Below, piece after piece: positions 12,001-23,423 of a stretch of DNA of 64,000 nt. The position numbers and the translations under genes are program-made. The stretch covers positions 1-64,000 of the forward strand of contig NC_087458.1 in NCBI RefSeq assembly GCF_036321535.1. Reading direction: 5' to 3'. The notes under the pieces were generated by a model. The model was given only the letters and a program-made list of their open reading frames with translations. It did not search any database and had not been told where the DNA came from. Every line of letters starts with the position of its first letter. Within the stretch, counting starts at the first letter, position 1. This DNA comes from Camelus dromedarius. Taxonomy: Eukaryota.

Positions 12001-15000
12001 AGAAGTAAGGGACGGGCCCCCTGAGCCCCAAGACAAGAGGCGTATCAGCCTGCGTTTCCGGAGGAGCAGGAGGGAGAGCACAGAACCCAGAGGACAGGCA
12101 GCCGTGGGTACGAGGGCCCCCCTGCTGCCCCCCGACCCCGGACACCTGGTGACCCTCTGCTGGTCTAAAAAGTGAGGCAGTGGCAGCCCTTTGGGAGGTC
12201 TCAGGAGGGTCAGGAGTCCGAGCCTGGCCCCACCCCGTGGGCTCTGTTAGCAGCAGTTGCTCCCCACAGACGCTGAGGACCAGGAGGAGGACGAGGCGGA
12301 GGCAGCGGCAGCCTCGAGGAGGAGGAAGCAGCGGAGTCGCCCCCGGGAAAGAGTGAGGGAGGCGGGGGCCCAGCTGCGGAGCTGCTGCCTGTCCCTGTGA
12401 GTGACCCAGCTGGGAGCCCCGGGCCGGGGGGGGGGGGCGGGAGGCAGCAGGGCTGCACTGAGCCGGGCCTGCCCACCCGCCCAGGGCCCAGGGCGTCTAC
12501 CGGCCCCTGCGGAGGTTCTTCCAGGACATTCTGCACACCAAGTACCGCGCGGCCACCGACGTCTACGCCCTCATGTTCCTGGCCGACGTGGTCGATTTCA
12601 TCATCATCATCTTCGGCTTCTGGGCCTTTGGGGTGAGCCGGGTCTCAGTGCCCCCGGTGAGCGCGGGGCCCGGGGGCCACCCCAACCCAGCACCCCTGAC
12701 CTCTGCTCTCCTGGCCACAGAAGCACTCAGCGGCCACGGACATCACGTCCTCCCTGTCAGATGACCAGGTGCCTGAGGCCTTCCTCGTCATGCTGCTGGT
12801 CCAGTTCAGCACCATGGTCATCGACCGCGCCCTGTACCTGCGCAAGACCGTGCTGGGCAAGCTGGCCTTCCAGGTTGTGCTGGTCCTGGCCATCCACGTC
12901 TGGATGTTCTTCGTCCTGCCCGCCGTCACCGAGCGGTGGGTGTGGGCTCGGGAGTGGCCTGGACGCGCGTGCTGTGCGGAGCTCAGGGCTCTGCGGGCGC
13001 CCTGACCTGGCTCCCCACCCGTGCAGGATGTTCAACCAGAATGCCGTGGCCCAGCTGTGGTACTTCGTCAAGTGCGTCTACTTCGCCCTGTCGGCCTACC
13101 AGATCCGCTGCGGCTACCCCACCCGCATCCTCGGCAACTTCCTCACCAAGAAGTACAACCACCTCAACCTGTTCCTCTTCCAGGGGTGAGCGTGGCCGGC
13201 CCGGGCACCAGGGGCAGGGCGGCCCTCCCTCGGGCCCTCCTGACGGTCCCTGGCCTCGCACAGGTTCCGGCTGGTGCCCTTCCTGGTGGAGCTGCGGGCC
13301 GTGATGGACTGGGTGTGGACGGACACCACGCTGTCCCTGTCCAGCTGGATGTGCGTGGAGGACATTTATGCCAATATCTTCATCATCAAGTGCAGCCGCG
13401 AGACAGAGAAGGTGAGGGCCGGCTGCTGCCCACGCCAGCATGCGTCCAGTGCGCGCCTCTGAAACTTCCTGATGGCCAGAAGGGGCTTTCTCGAGGGGAC
13501 GGTGGGCTCAGCCATGTCAGGGCGGCCACCCACAGAGAGGGCCCCCAGCCACAGGCATGGGGAGCAGGCTGCGTGGTAGAACATGAACCAAGTGTTTCTT
13601 CTTAGCAGCTACTGATGTAATTCACGCAGCTGCCCCTGTACCGCGCGCAGCTGGGTGGTTCCTGGTGCACCCAGGGCTGCAAGCCCGCTGCACAGAAAGA
13701 AGCCCCACTCGCACGGGCAGCCACCCCCTCCCACGCGGACTTGCCCCTTCCTGGTGTCTCACGTGCACAGCAGCACACGGCACGTGGCCTTTGGTGACCA
13801 TTTCCCTCTCACAGCACGGCGCTCTCCAGGCGCACCCACCTGTCAGTTGTGTCAGAATTCTCTTCACAGCTGAGTAGCTTTCCATTGTGACAAGTCTCAG
13901 TTGTGAGATGCTGCTGTGGCCATTCCATCCAGAGCCGTGGCCATAGGTCCCCATGGCTCCTGGGTACACAGCTCAGAGTGGCTGTGGTGCCAGGCCCCTC
14001 CACCCCGGGCTCGGCGTCCGGGGATGGGCGGGGCCCTGCGGGGGCTCCAGTCTTGGCGCCAGGCCCCTTCCTGTGCTTGGCCGCTTGCGTAGCTTGTCTG
14101 GAGAAGCATCTGTTGATGTTTTCGCCAGGTCTTCACCGGGTGGTGTCTCACCGTTGTGAGAGTTCTTTCTGGATCTTGCACACTAGGTTCTTTCAGATAG
14201 ATTTGCCGTGAAGAGTTTCACCGTTTTATGGTCTTCTGTTTGAGTTCACTTTGGTCGAGGGTTAAGGGCCCAACTTCACTCTTCGGCGTGTGGGTGTCCG
14301 GCCATCCTTCCCTCTGGGTGGCCTGGGCACCTGGTCCCCACGTGGGTCTGGCTCTGCAGGGCCATGTGAGGACAGAGGCCCACTTGGCGGGTGACCTGCA
14401 TCCCCCCTCTGCCCCCCAGAGATACCCGCAGCCCAAGGGGCAGAAGAAGAAGAAGGTGGTCAAGTATGGCATGGGTGGCCTGATCATCCTGTTCCTGGTG
14501 GCCATCATCTGGTTCCCGCTGCTCTTCATGTCCCTGGTGCGCTCTGTGGTCGGGGTCGTCAACCAGCCCATCGACGTCACCGTCACCCTCAAGCTGGGCG
14601 GTTATGAGGTGAGCAGCCTCACCCCCACCTCAGGTGCCCTCCCCTCGAGATCGTGAGGGGCTCTGTGTGACGCTGGTGGCCTGGGGTCCAGAGGCCCCGG
14701 CGCCACATCACTGCATCCCCACCACCAGCCCCTGTTCACCATGAGCGCCCAGCAGCCATCCATCGTGCCCTTCACCGCCCAGGCCTATGAGGAACTGTCC
14801 CGGCAGTTTGACCGCGACCCAGTGAGTGCCCCTGCCACATGCGGCTGCCGGGGGTGGGGGTTGGGGGGACCGGGCTGCCCCGCTGAGGTGGCTGCCCCCC
14901 ACATCCAGCTGGCCATGCAGTTCATCAGCCAGTACAGCCCCGAGGACATCGTCACAGCGCACATCGAGGGCAGTTCCGGGGCACTGTGGCGCATCAGCCC

Positions 15001-16042
15001 ACCGAGCCGGGCGCAGATGAAGCGTGAGCTGCACAATGGCACCGCCGATATCACCCTGCGCCTCACCTGGAACTTCCAGAGGTGCGTCCAGGCCCCAGGG
15101 GAGGGGGGATCGGGGGCCACCCAGCTGCACTGAGGGTCACACAGCACCCCTGCCCCAGGGACCTGGCCAAGGGCGGCACCGTGGAGTACACCAACGAGAA
15201 GCATACCCTGGACCTAGCCCCCAACAGCACCGCCCGGCGGCAGCTGGCCAGCCTGCTGGAGGGCACCTCCGACCATTCCGTGTGAGTAGGGGGTGGACGG
15301 GGGGGCCATGGTGGGGGGCAGGGCCAGGCCTGACCCTCTGGCCTCCTCCCTACAGGGTCATCCCCCACCTCTTCCCTAAGTACATCCGTGCCCCCAACGG
15401 ACCTGAAGCCAACCCTGTGAAACAGCTACAGCCCAGTGAGTGAGGTGGGGACATGGGGTGGGGGTGCTGGCCTCAGCCTGGGATGGGTGGGGACTGTGAC
15501 ACCTCCTGGTTCCCACCCAGAGGAGGAGGCTGACTACCTCAGTGTGCGCGTCCAGCTGCGCAGGGAGCGTGTGGGCTCGGGGGCAGCTGGCTTCCTCGAG
15601 TGGTGGGTCATCGAGCTGCAAGACTGCCGAGCCAGATGCAACCTGCTGCCCATGGTCATCTTCAGTGACAAGGTCAGCCCACCCAGCCTGGGCTTCCTGG
15701 CCGGCTACGGGTGAGTGCGGCGTGCAGCGGGCCAGGCCGGGGCGGGGCCAGGGAGGAGAACGGACTCTCACTGCCCACCCGCCCGCCCGCAGCATCATGG
15801 GTCTCTACGTGTCCATCGTGCTGGTCATCGGCAAGTTCGTGCGTGGCTTCTTCAGCGAGATCTCGCACTCCATCATGTTCGAGGAGTTGCCATGCGTGGA
15901 CCGCATCCTTAAGCTCTGCCAGGACATCTTCCTGGTGCGGGAGACGCAGGAGCTGGAGCTGGAGGAGGAGCTGTACGCCAAGCTCATTTTCCTGTACCGC
16001 TCACCCGAGACCATGATCAAGTGGACCCGTGAGAAGGAGTAG
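1..16042 (+). CDS. PIEZO1: Piezo-type mechanosensitive ion channel component 1, 5'-partial (equivalent to human exons 14-51)
   Basis: GT-AG exons in a continuous frame: 1-38, 130-278, 350-532, 890-999, 1088-1242, 1396-1572, 2116-2241, 2331-2531, 2978-3182, 6197-6301, 6862-7015, 7235-7478, 7563-7659, 7739-7910, 8330-8419, 8492-8586, 8902-8973, 9560-9660, 9968-10049, 10119-10175, 10255-10427, 10513-10619, 10787-10981, 11064-11322, 11391-11579, 11855-12107, 12270-12396, 12485-12632, 12721-12935, 13027-13185, 13264-13411, 14420-14608, 14729-14821, 14909-15081, 15159-15281, 15356-15435, 15521-15710, 15793-16042 (TAG). Diagnostic peptides: [61 protein letters not shown], and the terminus [13 protein letters not shown]. 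Confidence 0.98.
4460..5950 (-). mobile_element. Highly decayed LINE-1 (L1M-type) 3' fragments in the large PIEZO1 intron
   Basis: T-rich L1-like phrases (TTAATTTTCTAACTTTT...AGATATTTACAAAAGCAGAACAGAG; CATTTTATTTTAGC) interspersed with GC-drifted sequence. Boundaries approximate. Confidence 0.45.
7508..7533. repeat. (CTCGC)5 pentanucleotide repeat within an 84-nt PIEZO1 intron
   Basis: Directly visible: CTCGCCTCGCCTCGCCTCGCCTCGCC. Confidence 0.85.
11605..11718. repeat. Imperfect (CA)n/RY low-complexity repeat
   Basis: CACACATGCACTCACACGCACGCATGCACAC...TATACACACACA. Confidence 0.8.
13850..14260 (-). mobile_element. Old LINE-1 fragment
   Basis: Antisense L1 ORF2/3'UTR-like phrases (TGAGTAGCTTTCCATTGTG; TTGTCTGGAGAAGCATCTGTT; GTTGTGAGAGTTCTTT). 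Confidence 0.65.
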
Positions 16043-16251
16043 GGCCACCCCTCCGGCCAAGGCCACCAGCTGACCTGCTCCCGGCCCACGAGCGCTGCTA
16101 CTGTGCTGTCGGGAGCGAAGCCGCGGCTCCCCCGGCCTGGCGCAGGACTGCCGCCCCTGCCAGCCGTCCCTGCGGGGCCCGGCGCTGCCCAGCACCACAC
16201 ACGGCCAGAGGCCCGGCCCTCCCTGCCCCATGCGTACTGTAGAGTTTTCTA

Positions 16252-16257
16252 ATTAAA
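16252..16257 (+). terminator. PIEZO1 poly(A) signal ATTAAA
   Basis: ATTAAA 210 nt after the PIEZO1 stop codon, in the only AT-rich patch between the two convergent genes. Confidence 0.8.
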
Positions 16258-16262
16258 ACGTT

Positions 16263-16268
16263 TTTATT
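16263..16268 (-). terminator. CTU2 poly(A) signal AATAAA (TTTATT on +)
   Basis: Canonical hexamer on the minus strand about 80 nt after the CTU2 stop codon. Confidence 0.8.
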
Positions 16269-16348
16269 TATACATGTGGACAACCACAGGCAGCCTGCCT
16301 GTCCTTGCCTGCCCGTTCCGTGTAGGGTGAGGCCCAAGCGCTCGCACC

Positions 16349-19300
16349 TCAGCTCCCACCGGGCAGCGCCTCATCATCGCGGTCCCCCAGCAGATACGCT
16401 TGGATCTCCTGCTCGCCCCCGGCCCTGGGGGAAGCCACACGGGAGGAAGTCCCACAGGTTCACACACCCAGAAGCCCCCCCTCGGGGCTCCCCAGCAGAG
16501 CAAACAGTACCTCTGGCTGCGGAGCTGGGCCTCGGCCAGGATGTAGGGCGGCAGGGAGTCCAGGGAGGGCTGTAACAGAGAGCCGGGATGGGTGTGGGCC
16601 GCGTGGGGCAGGGGGGGGCTGGTCCAGGAGCTGGGCAGGCGTCCACTCACCAGGTCCCTCGCGTTCACACGGCAGCCATAGCACAGCTGCCCCACCACAC
16701 GGGCTCGGGGGTCCTCCCTGCAGGCAGAGCTGGACCTGGGTGCCTGCTCTCGCCCTCAGCGAGTGTCCTGGGGGCCACCCCCACCCCGTGCGGCTGCCAG
16801 GTGCTGACCACGGTGGGGACAGGAGGACAGGACGAGGCAGGGACTCACCTCGCACAGCAGCCTTGGGCACCGCCCAGCCCTGGACAACAGCAGAGGGTGG
16901 TGGGCGTCCCGGCCTCAGCTTGTGGGCCGGGGGCCTGCATCTGGCAGAGATGTGATGAGGTCTGAGCCCCAAAAGCCGTGGCACTGTCTGGAAGCAGAGA
17001 GAAGCTAAGGGGGCCTCGAGGGCTACAGAACCCTAACACACACCCGTGCGTGGCCCTCCCCCGAGCGCCCATGGAGGCCAGGACAGACCAGCACTGTCGA
17101 CGTCCAGGGTGCACAGGCAGAGCAGGCAGCGGGGGCCAGGGGGGCTGGCAGCACAGCCGTCCCTGGGGGCCTTGACCAGCTTCTCACTTGTCCTGGGGGG
17201 GGGGCAGGGGGGCAGGGCACTGAGGCACAGCTGGCTGGGGGCCTCCACTCTCAGCTCCTGTCCCAAGTACCAGGATGGAGGGCTTGGAGCCCACACACCC
17301 ACACACACACACCTGTACACGGTGCTGACGGTGGAGGGGAACTGGGCCTGCAGCCTGAGCAGGAAGGCCTCCATCAGCCGGTGGATGCTGGCCTTCTCGG
17401 GGGCCTGGAGCAGACGGGTTGGGGGCCTCAGTCAGAGGGGCAGCCCCCGGGCCTGCTCAGGGGCCACCACTTCTAGAGACCCCTCACTGTCAAGCACAGA
17501 TGCTGTTAAATAAAGCACCCAACACAGGTCATCCTGTCCCACTGTCCCCTCGCCCACCTGTGTGACGCCCAACGGGCACCCCCTTCCTCAAGTCTGTACC
17601 CCTAGTGTGCGCTCCACTGGGGCACCAGGCAGAGCCCACCCCGCCGACCCCAGCCCACCTTGGTGTCGACGGCCGGTGTAAAGACAGATGGGACGGCAAA
17701 CAGGCGGTTGTAGAAGGCGACCTCCTTCAGCGTGTGCTCACGCATTGGCCGCACCACCACCACGTCACCATGCCGCTCGTCCGAGAAGCCCTGGGGGAAC
17801 AGGCGTTCCTCAGGACACTCAGCTGACTGGCTCACAGTTCCTGTCCTTCCCTGCCAGCTGGCGGGGGGTCTTTGGCCCCACCCCGTGGGAGACCCCAGGA
17901 CCAATTCATGAATCAAGTGACAGGGGACAGAAGGGTGAGGGTGGGGCCAGAGCAGCCGTGTGCACACCGTGTCCCAGGCGAGGAAGGCCCCTCTCCCAAG
18001 TGCCAGGCTGGTCATGAGCTTCACGGCCAGGCGGGTGCAGCTGTCCCCTGCCATCACCTTAGAGTAGCCATGAGTCCGGGCCACGTGCAGGATCAAGTGG
18101 GTCCTGCAGAGCACGGCAGGAATCTCAGGGTGGGCAGGACCAGGACCCCGGGGGTAGGGAAGAGAAGGTCTCAGGAACTTGGTGGGGGCGATCAGGCAGG
18201 GACCCTGGGGCAGTGGAGGGGGCTCACCGCAGTGTCTGCAGAAGCTCCTCCTTGGCCGTCAGCGTCTTCACTGAATCGAACAGTCCGGACAGAGCTTCGG
18301 TCTGCACAGCTGTGGGGGGCCCGGCCAGGCTCTGGGGGCCCTGGGGGCGGGGCTGGCTCCAGGGCTCCTCCCCCGCTGCCCCCAGCACACACTGTTGCTG
18401 GAGGAAACTGTCCACGGCCGCCTTGTAGGCACCCTCGGTCCCCACCGACTCTGGCTCCTGGGCAAAGCAGCGTAGCACAGACGGTGGCAAGCCAAACACC
18501 TGGCGGGTGGGTGGGGAGAGCGTGAAGCCCGGCCCTCCACGTGGGGAAGCAGGCCTTTGGCCCTGTGGACACTGAGCAGGCACCTCCAGGGCCCTTGAGT
18601 GGGGACGGGCCGCCCACCTCTTCCAGGGCGATCACATGGCTCGGGAAGCCGACTCTCTGCAGGACCTGCTCCACCTCCACCAGAGTTCTGGCTCTGTCTT
18701 CGGGGCTCCGGCCACAGGCTGCTCCCTCTGGAAAATGCGGAATGACCACTTTACAGAAGAGGCGCACGCGGGCAGTCAGGGCCACCACCACTGCGCCTGT
18801 GGAGGGGTGTGCAGCAAGTCCTCTGGAGGCCGCTGGGGGCCAAGCCGTCTCCTTGGGGGCGTTTTCAGGGTGGTGGGTTCTCTGACAGTGGGGTGGGAAG
18901 GCCCCCTCTGGCCGTGCATTCGGAGTTCTCACCAAGTGCCCCTGATCCCGTGGAGAGACCTCAGACAACAGCAGGGCCGTCCGCTGAACCCGGGCGCTAT
19001 CTCCAGGGGAACGCCCCCACCAGGGCCCTGCACAAGCCCAGTGCCAGCTGTTGGAGGGGTCGCCCCGAGCGCCAGGGCCTGGGGACAGACAGACACGTAC
19101 CGTCGACGTAGATGACTCCTGGCACAAAACGCAGCCTCTTGGCAGAATCTCGACTCAGGCCCTGGAGGGGACAGGACAGGACTTCAGCTCTGCGGCCAGA
19201 AGCCACAAGACGCTGCTGATGGTCTGCTCCCCGTCTCGAACAAGTACCCTCCTGGACTGCACTGGTCAGGCCGCTCAGCCCGGGTGCCAGGCAGGCCCGG

Positions 19301-22300
19301 GGGGGAGAGCGCACAGGACGACATGCTTCAGAGCAGCCCCGCCGGGAGCGCAGGAGCCCCACAAGTGGACCCTGCCCTTGACAGCCTCCCAGCAACATCC
19401 CCAGAGAGACAGCTGGGTGCACATGCCCCCCAGGCCCCTGCCCGAGCCCCTCAGACCGCTCAGGGGACGGGCAGTACGGCAGAAACGAGGTGTCTCTGGT
19501 TGAGGGACGAGCAACGCACAGGGCGAGGAGCCAGGGAGGGGTGCCGGCCTCACACCGCAGGCCAGGCTCAGGGCGCATGAGGTGAGAGCAGAAACCCAGC
19601 CACAGAAGCACTGCACTGCCCGGAACCCCTGGTACAGACCGGCACCGCAGCCCCACACCAGGAGTCAGTGCCGGGGTCTGTGTGCCACACCCTGGGCAAG
19701 GCCTCGTAAGCAGGAGCCCCCTTGCCTCCAGGGCCCTGAGCTGGGCCTGGGGACACACTGGGCACAGCCCCATGCTCCCCACCAGCCTAGACCTGAGCTG
19801 TGCTCCCGGCTCATACCCCTGCACCCCACCCAGCAGCGCCCCTGCGCACGCGGGCCTCCCCTGTATCTTCTCAAGGAAGCCACGTGACCCGCACCAGGGC
19901 CCATCCCCTTGACGCCCCCAAAACACCTCAAGCAGCACTCTGCCAAGGTTCCACACCCATTTTCCAGCCACTCATAGTCAAGCAAAGGGACGGCGCCGAG
20001 CTGGGACACAGCTTCCAGGTCGTGTGCCTCCTGCATGACCCTTGGGCTCCCAGCTGGGGAGTGGGCCGTCAGTGCCAGCCCCCGACCCTGGAACTTGGCC
20101 GGATGGCATCCTGGGTGCAGGAGGAGGTAGAGACTCACCTCCAGGACCTGCCAGACCATGGAGCTGGACGAAGGCCCCCCAGACCATGCCAGGAGCACCT
20201 GGGGGAGACAGAACATCACTGGAGACGCTGCACCCACAACATGAAGGCCCACGCTGCCCGTGGACATCCCTCCCAGACATGAGTCCACCCCCATAACCCA
20301 CAGGTGTGCGCAGGGGAGGGGCTGGAGGGGTGTGGCTGGGGCAGGCCACGTGCAGGAAGAGATGCCCCATACCCTACCTTTTCTCCCGGAAAGATCAGTC
20401 GGTTCTTTCCAAGCATGGCCCTGAACTTGTGGACGTAAAACACCTTGAAACAGTCCCTGTAATACAGGCCACCAGCAGCTGTGGCAACAGGGCCTCGACC
20501 ACCAGCCACCACCAGGACAGGGAAGCGCTGGGCCCCACGTGTGGGGCTGCAGCCCGAGGCTCCACCAAGCAATGTTTTCTTTCAGCAAAGTCAGCTGTAA
20601 AAGCAGTGTCTCGGGGGGAGTGTGCAGCTCAGTGGCAGAGTGCCTGCCTAGCGCGCATGAGGTTCTGGGCTCAATTCCCAGTGTACCTCCACTGAGTAAG
20701 TAAGCAAAAGCACTGTCTCAGCCCTGAGGAGATCTGGAGCTGAGGGGCTCTCACCAGCTGTGGCTGCCCCACAAGGAGCCTCACGCTATACAGGGAGGCC
20801 CGCTTAGGTCCCCGCCCCCCCACTTATCACCAGTGTGAACCACTGCCTGAGGGGCCGGGGGCCCAGGCACCACTTGCACTGCAGCCCTGGGGAAGGGCCA
20901 GCTAGTGGGAGAGATGGGCGGATGGACACAGGCTCGTGCAGGGCAAGGCCACCCCGACCCTTCCCTAAGCAGAGCGGGTGACCCCTTCCCAGAGCCCCAG
21001 AGGGAAGCACACCACCTTTGGGGGTACAGGGCAAGCACTGAGCAGGCTGTGGGGTCAGGGGACGAGTGTCCTAAAGCCTCACACTGGCCTCTCATGTGGT
21101 GAGCCCATCTGGACCAGAAATGCCTGGGAGGCTCCCACAAACACAGAGAATGACAACTTCCAGGGCAGGGCCTGGGACTCTGCATTCTTGGTAAACCTTC
21201 TAGCTGACTAGGTCAGAGGCTGTTGGCCTTGGCCCCACATCAGAATTACTCAGGCCGGCAACATCAGGGTGTGTCGGGTGAGGCCCAGGATCCCACAGGT
21301 TTAAGTTTCCCAGCAACCCCAACAGGCAGCCAAGGCGGAGAACGTTGCCCAGGACCCCCAAGTCTACTTCCTGCTTCCTGTCCATACATGCTGTCCCCCA
21401 ACACCAAACACCCCACAGGCCTTTGTGCGCAGTAACTCAATTCAGTGCCTAACAGCAAAATGCCAAGGCCCCAGGTGACCAGCCACAGGAGTGACTCCCA
21501 GGTCAGGGCCGGGCAGGCTCCTTCAGCAGACACAGGTGCTCCCAGCAGGCACAGGGGGCCCTGGGGCTGCTGCATCGGCATCCTCCCTGCCCTACCGGAC
21601 TCCTGAAACCACTCTCTCCCGCAAGTCAGGCGAGACCAGGACCCTCACTTTCACTGAGAAAACCTGCTCAAAACCTAGATTCCTGCTGCCCAGAAGATCA
21701 GGTTCCCACCTTTTCTCTGGACCAAGCAAGCGTGGGCAGGGGGGCTGTGGACCCAGAAACAGACTGCAAAGATCGACATTTCTAGATGCTCTTAAGTGGT
21801 TAAAGCAGTGACTTTCTTGCTTAAAACGTATCCTGGAGACACACACCAAGCTCACTGGACACCTAAGAGGTGGGCAGAGACCAGAACGTTTTGGGAAAAC
21901 AACTTACTCAGTCCTTTCAGTTTTTCTTCGGGAAACATCCACAAAACAGAATCCCATACTCTTGAAGACCAATTTAAAACGTGAGCCAGTTGCTCACGCA
22001 GGAAGCACTCAATGCTGTAACAGAGCCTGCAGTGCCACCAGGAACAGGGGTAAAACCGGAGACGGGCCCTGCCCTCGGGGAGCTATGAGCCAGTGAACGT
22101 GCTCAGACACTGGCCGAGTTAGGATTCAAAGGCATGTCACAGCGCCACGAGAGCGCTTCAGATATAATGCAACACACTCACGCCCAGGCATCTCTGGGAA
22201 CAGGCCTCTGCTCCTGTCCAGAGGCCCCCAGAGCGAGGGGAGGCTGGGGCCCTCCTTCCACCCCGCCATCTCTCACAAGTAAAACAGGTATCAACTGGAG

Positions 22301-23423
22301 CGCCTGCCAGAGACACCAGGACGCTCTAATCTGCCCTTGATGTGTTCCAGCTGCCCCAGAAAAGCTCACCTCGCCTGCACCACAGACCACTTTCACTCCC
22401 AACTCTCCCCATGAGCTTCGTCAGTGTCTTCCTGTCACCTGTGGCACAGCTCGACGATGTAGTGGTACTCAGAAAGCCGATCAGGAAACCAATCCCCCTC
22501 CACACACACAGCACCAGAACGTTACAAGCAAGGGCAAAGTGACGAGACACTTTCAAAGGCAACAAACAAAGCCACAGAAACCGTGGCAGTTGTGGCGGCT
22601 GAGTGAGGCTGCATTTGCCGGGTCTCCTCATGCCAGGCCTCACCTGCAGAAGGCGTCTCCTGCTCGAATCACCACCACAGGTGGGCCTTCCTTGCACTTC
22701 ACACACTTCTGCTCACGGCTTTGGAGACATGCGGGGAAGAGAACAAGAACACAGATTACACCCCCTCCCAGGGGCGTCAGGCACACGGTGGCCTGTTTTT
22801 CACCCCACGCTGGCGTACTAGAGAGGTCACGTGGCAGGCTGCACCACACAAACCAGGGCTTGTAGCTTATCTACACTACCACCCTGAGGAAAAGCCAAGG
22901 CCCTAGAAAGACCACAGCCTGTTAAAGTTGGCTCAGCGGGCACGTAAAGACCAACTCAGTTTCCCAAGGGCTGAGACAACGAGAGAGAACTTGCTCTGTG
23001 CGACCCTGGAGGGGAATGGAGCCAGCGAGTGGAAGCGACAAAAAGGCCTACTTTCCTGTAAGAGTAACGACAGCTTGGTCAGCGGCGGACCTGCCCCACT
23101 GGCTACACGAATCGGAGGTGCAAGCGCGCAGATGGAGCTCCTTCCTGGGGCTTCACCGCTGGCTTGACAGACACTCCCCGGGTGCTGCGGAGCGAGGTCC
23201 AGCCCCCGCCTTGACTCCAGCGCTGCTGGGCCCCGCCCTCGGCGTTACCCGGGCTTCCCGGAGCGCGGCCCCCGTGACTGACGGAAAAGCGCGGGCTGGA
23301 CCCTCGAGACAGGGCTCGCCGCCGGCGGGAGCGGCGGGAACGGCCGCCCAGCTCTTACCCGGGTCGTGTCAGCGGCGGCCCCCCAGGCGCGGACTCACGG
23401 TAGTCCTCGCCCACCTCGCACAT
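16349..23423 (-). CDS. CTU2: Cytoplasmic tRNA 2-thiolation protein 2
   Basis: 15 exons (5'->3'): 23423-23359, 22718-22644, 20456-20378, 20198-20139, 19161-19101, 18727-18618, 18499-18228, 18103-17968, 17790-17659, 17404-17313, 17192-17089, 16987-16849, 16717-16651, 16569-16511, 16424-16349 (TGA). Peptides: MCEVGEDY, REQKCVKCKE, LLAWSGGPSS (degenerate PP-loop), GDSCTRLAVKLM, RPMREHTLKEVAFY, QLCYGCRVN. Confidence 0.96.
20613..20705 (+). mobile_element. tRNA-derived SINE with 14-bp target-site duplication
   Basis: A box (AGCTCAGTGG), B-box-like (GGCTCAATTCC); TSD AAAAGCAGTGTCTC (20599-20612) and AAAAGCACTGTCTC (20706-20719). Confidence 0.85.

Noticed and set aside
12721-15940. Classic human xerocytosis substitutions in PIEZO1 (A2003, A2020, R2088, T2127, M2225, R2456, R2488)
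   Set aside because: By manual counting, all of these positions retain the wild-type residue here.
18997-19971. Long unspliced ORFs in the ORF track (e.g. 324 aa here; 19665-20588, 37019-37885, 32179-32940)
   Set aside because: Pro/Gly/Arg/Ala-rich low-complexity translations, expected by chance in very GC-rich DNA with few stop codons; no recognisable domains.
20613-20700. tRNA gene candidates (also 54523 and 55753)
   Set aside because: A/B boxes are present, but the acceptor stems are incomplete and they carry A-rich tails or a TSD, so these are SINEs.
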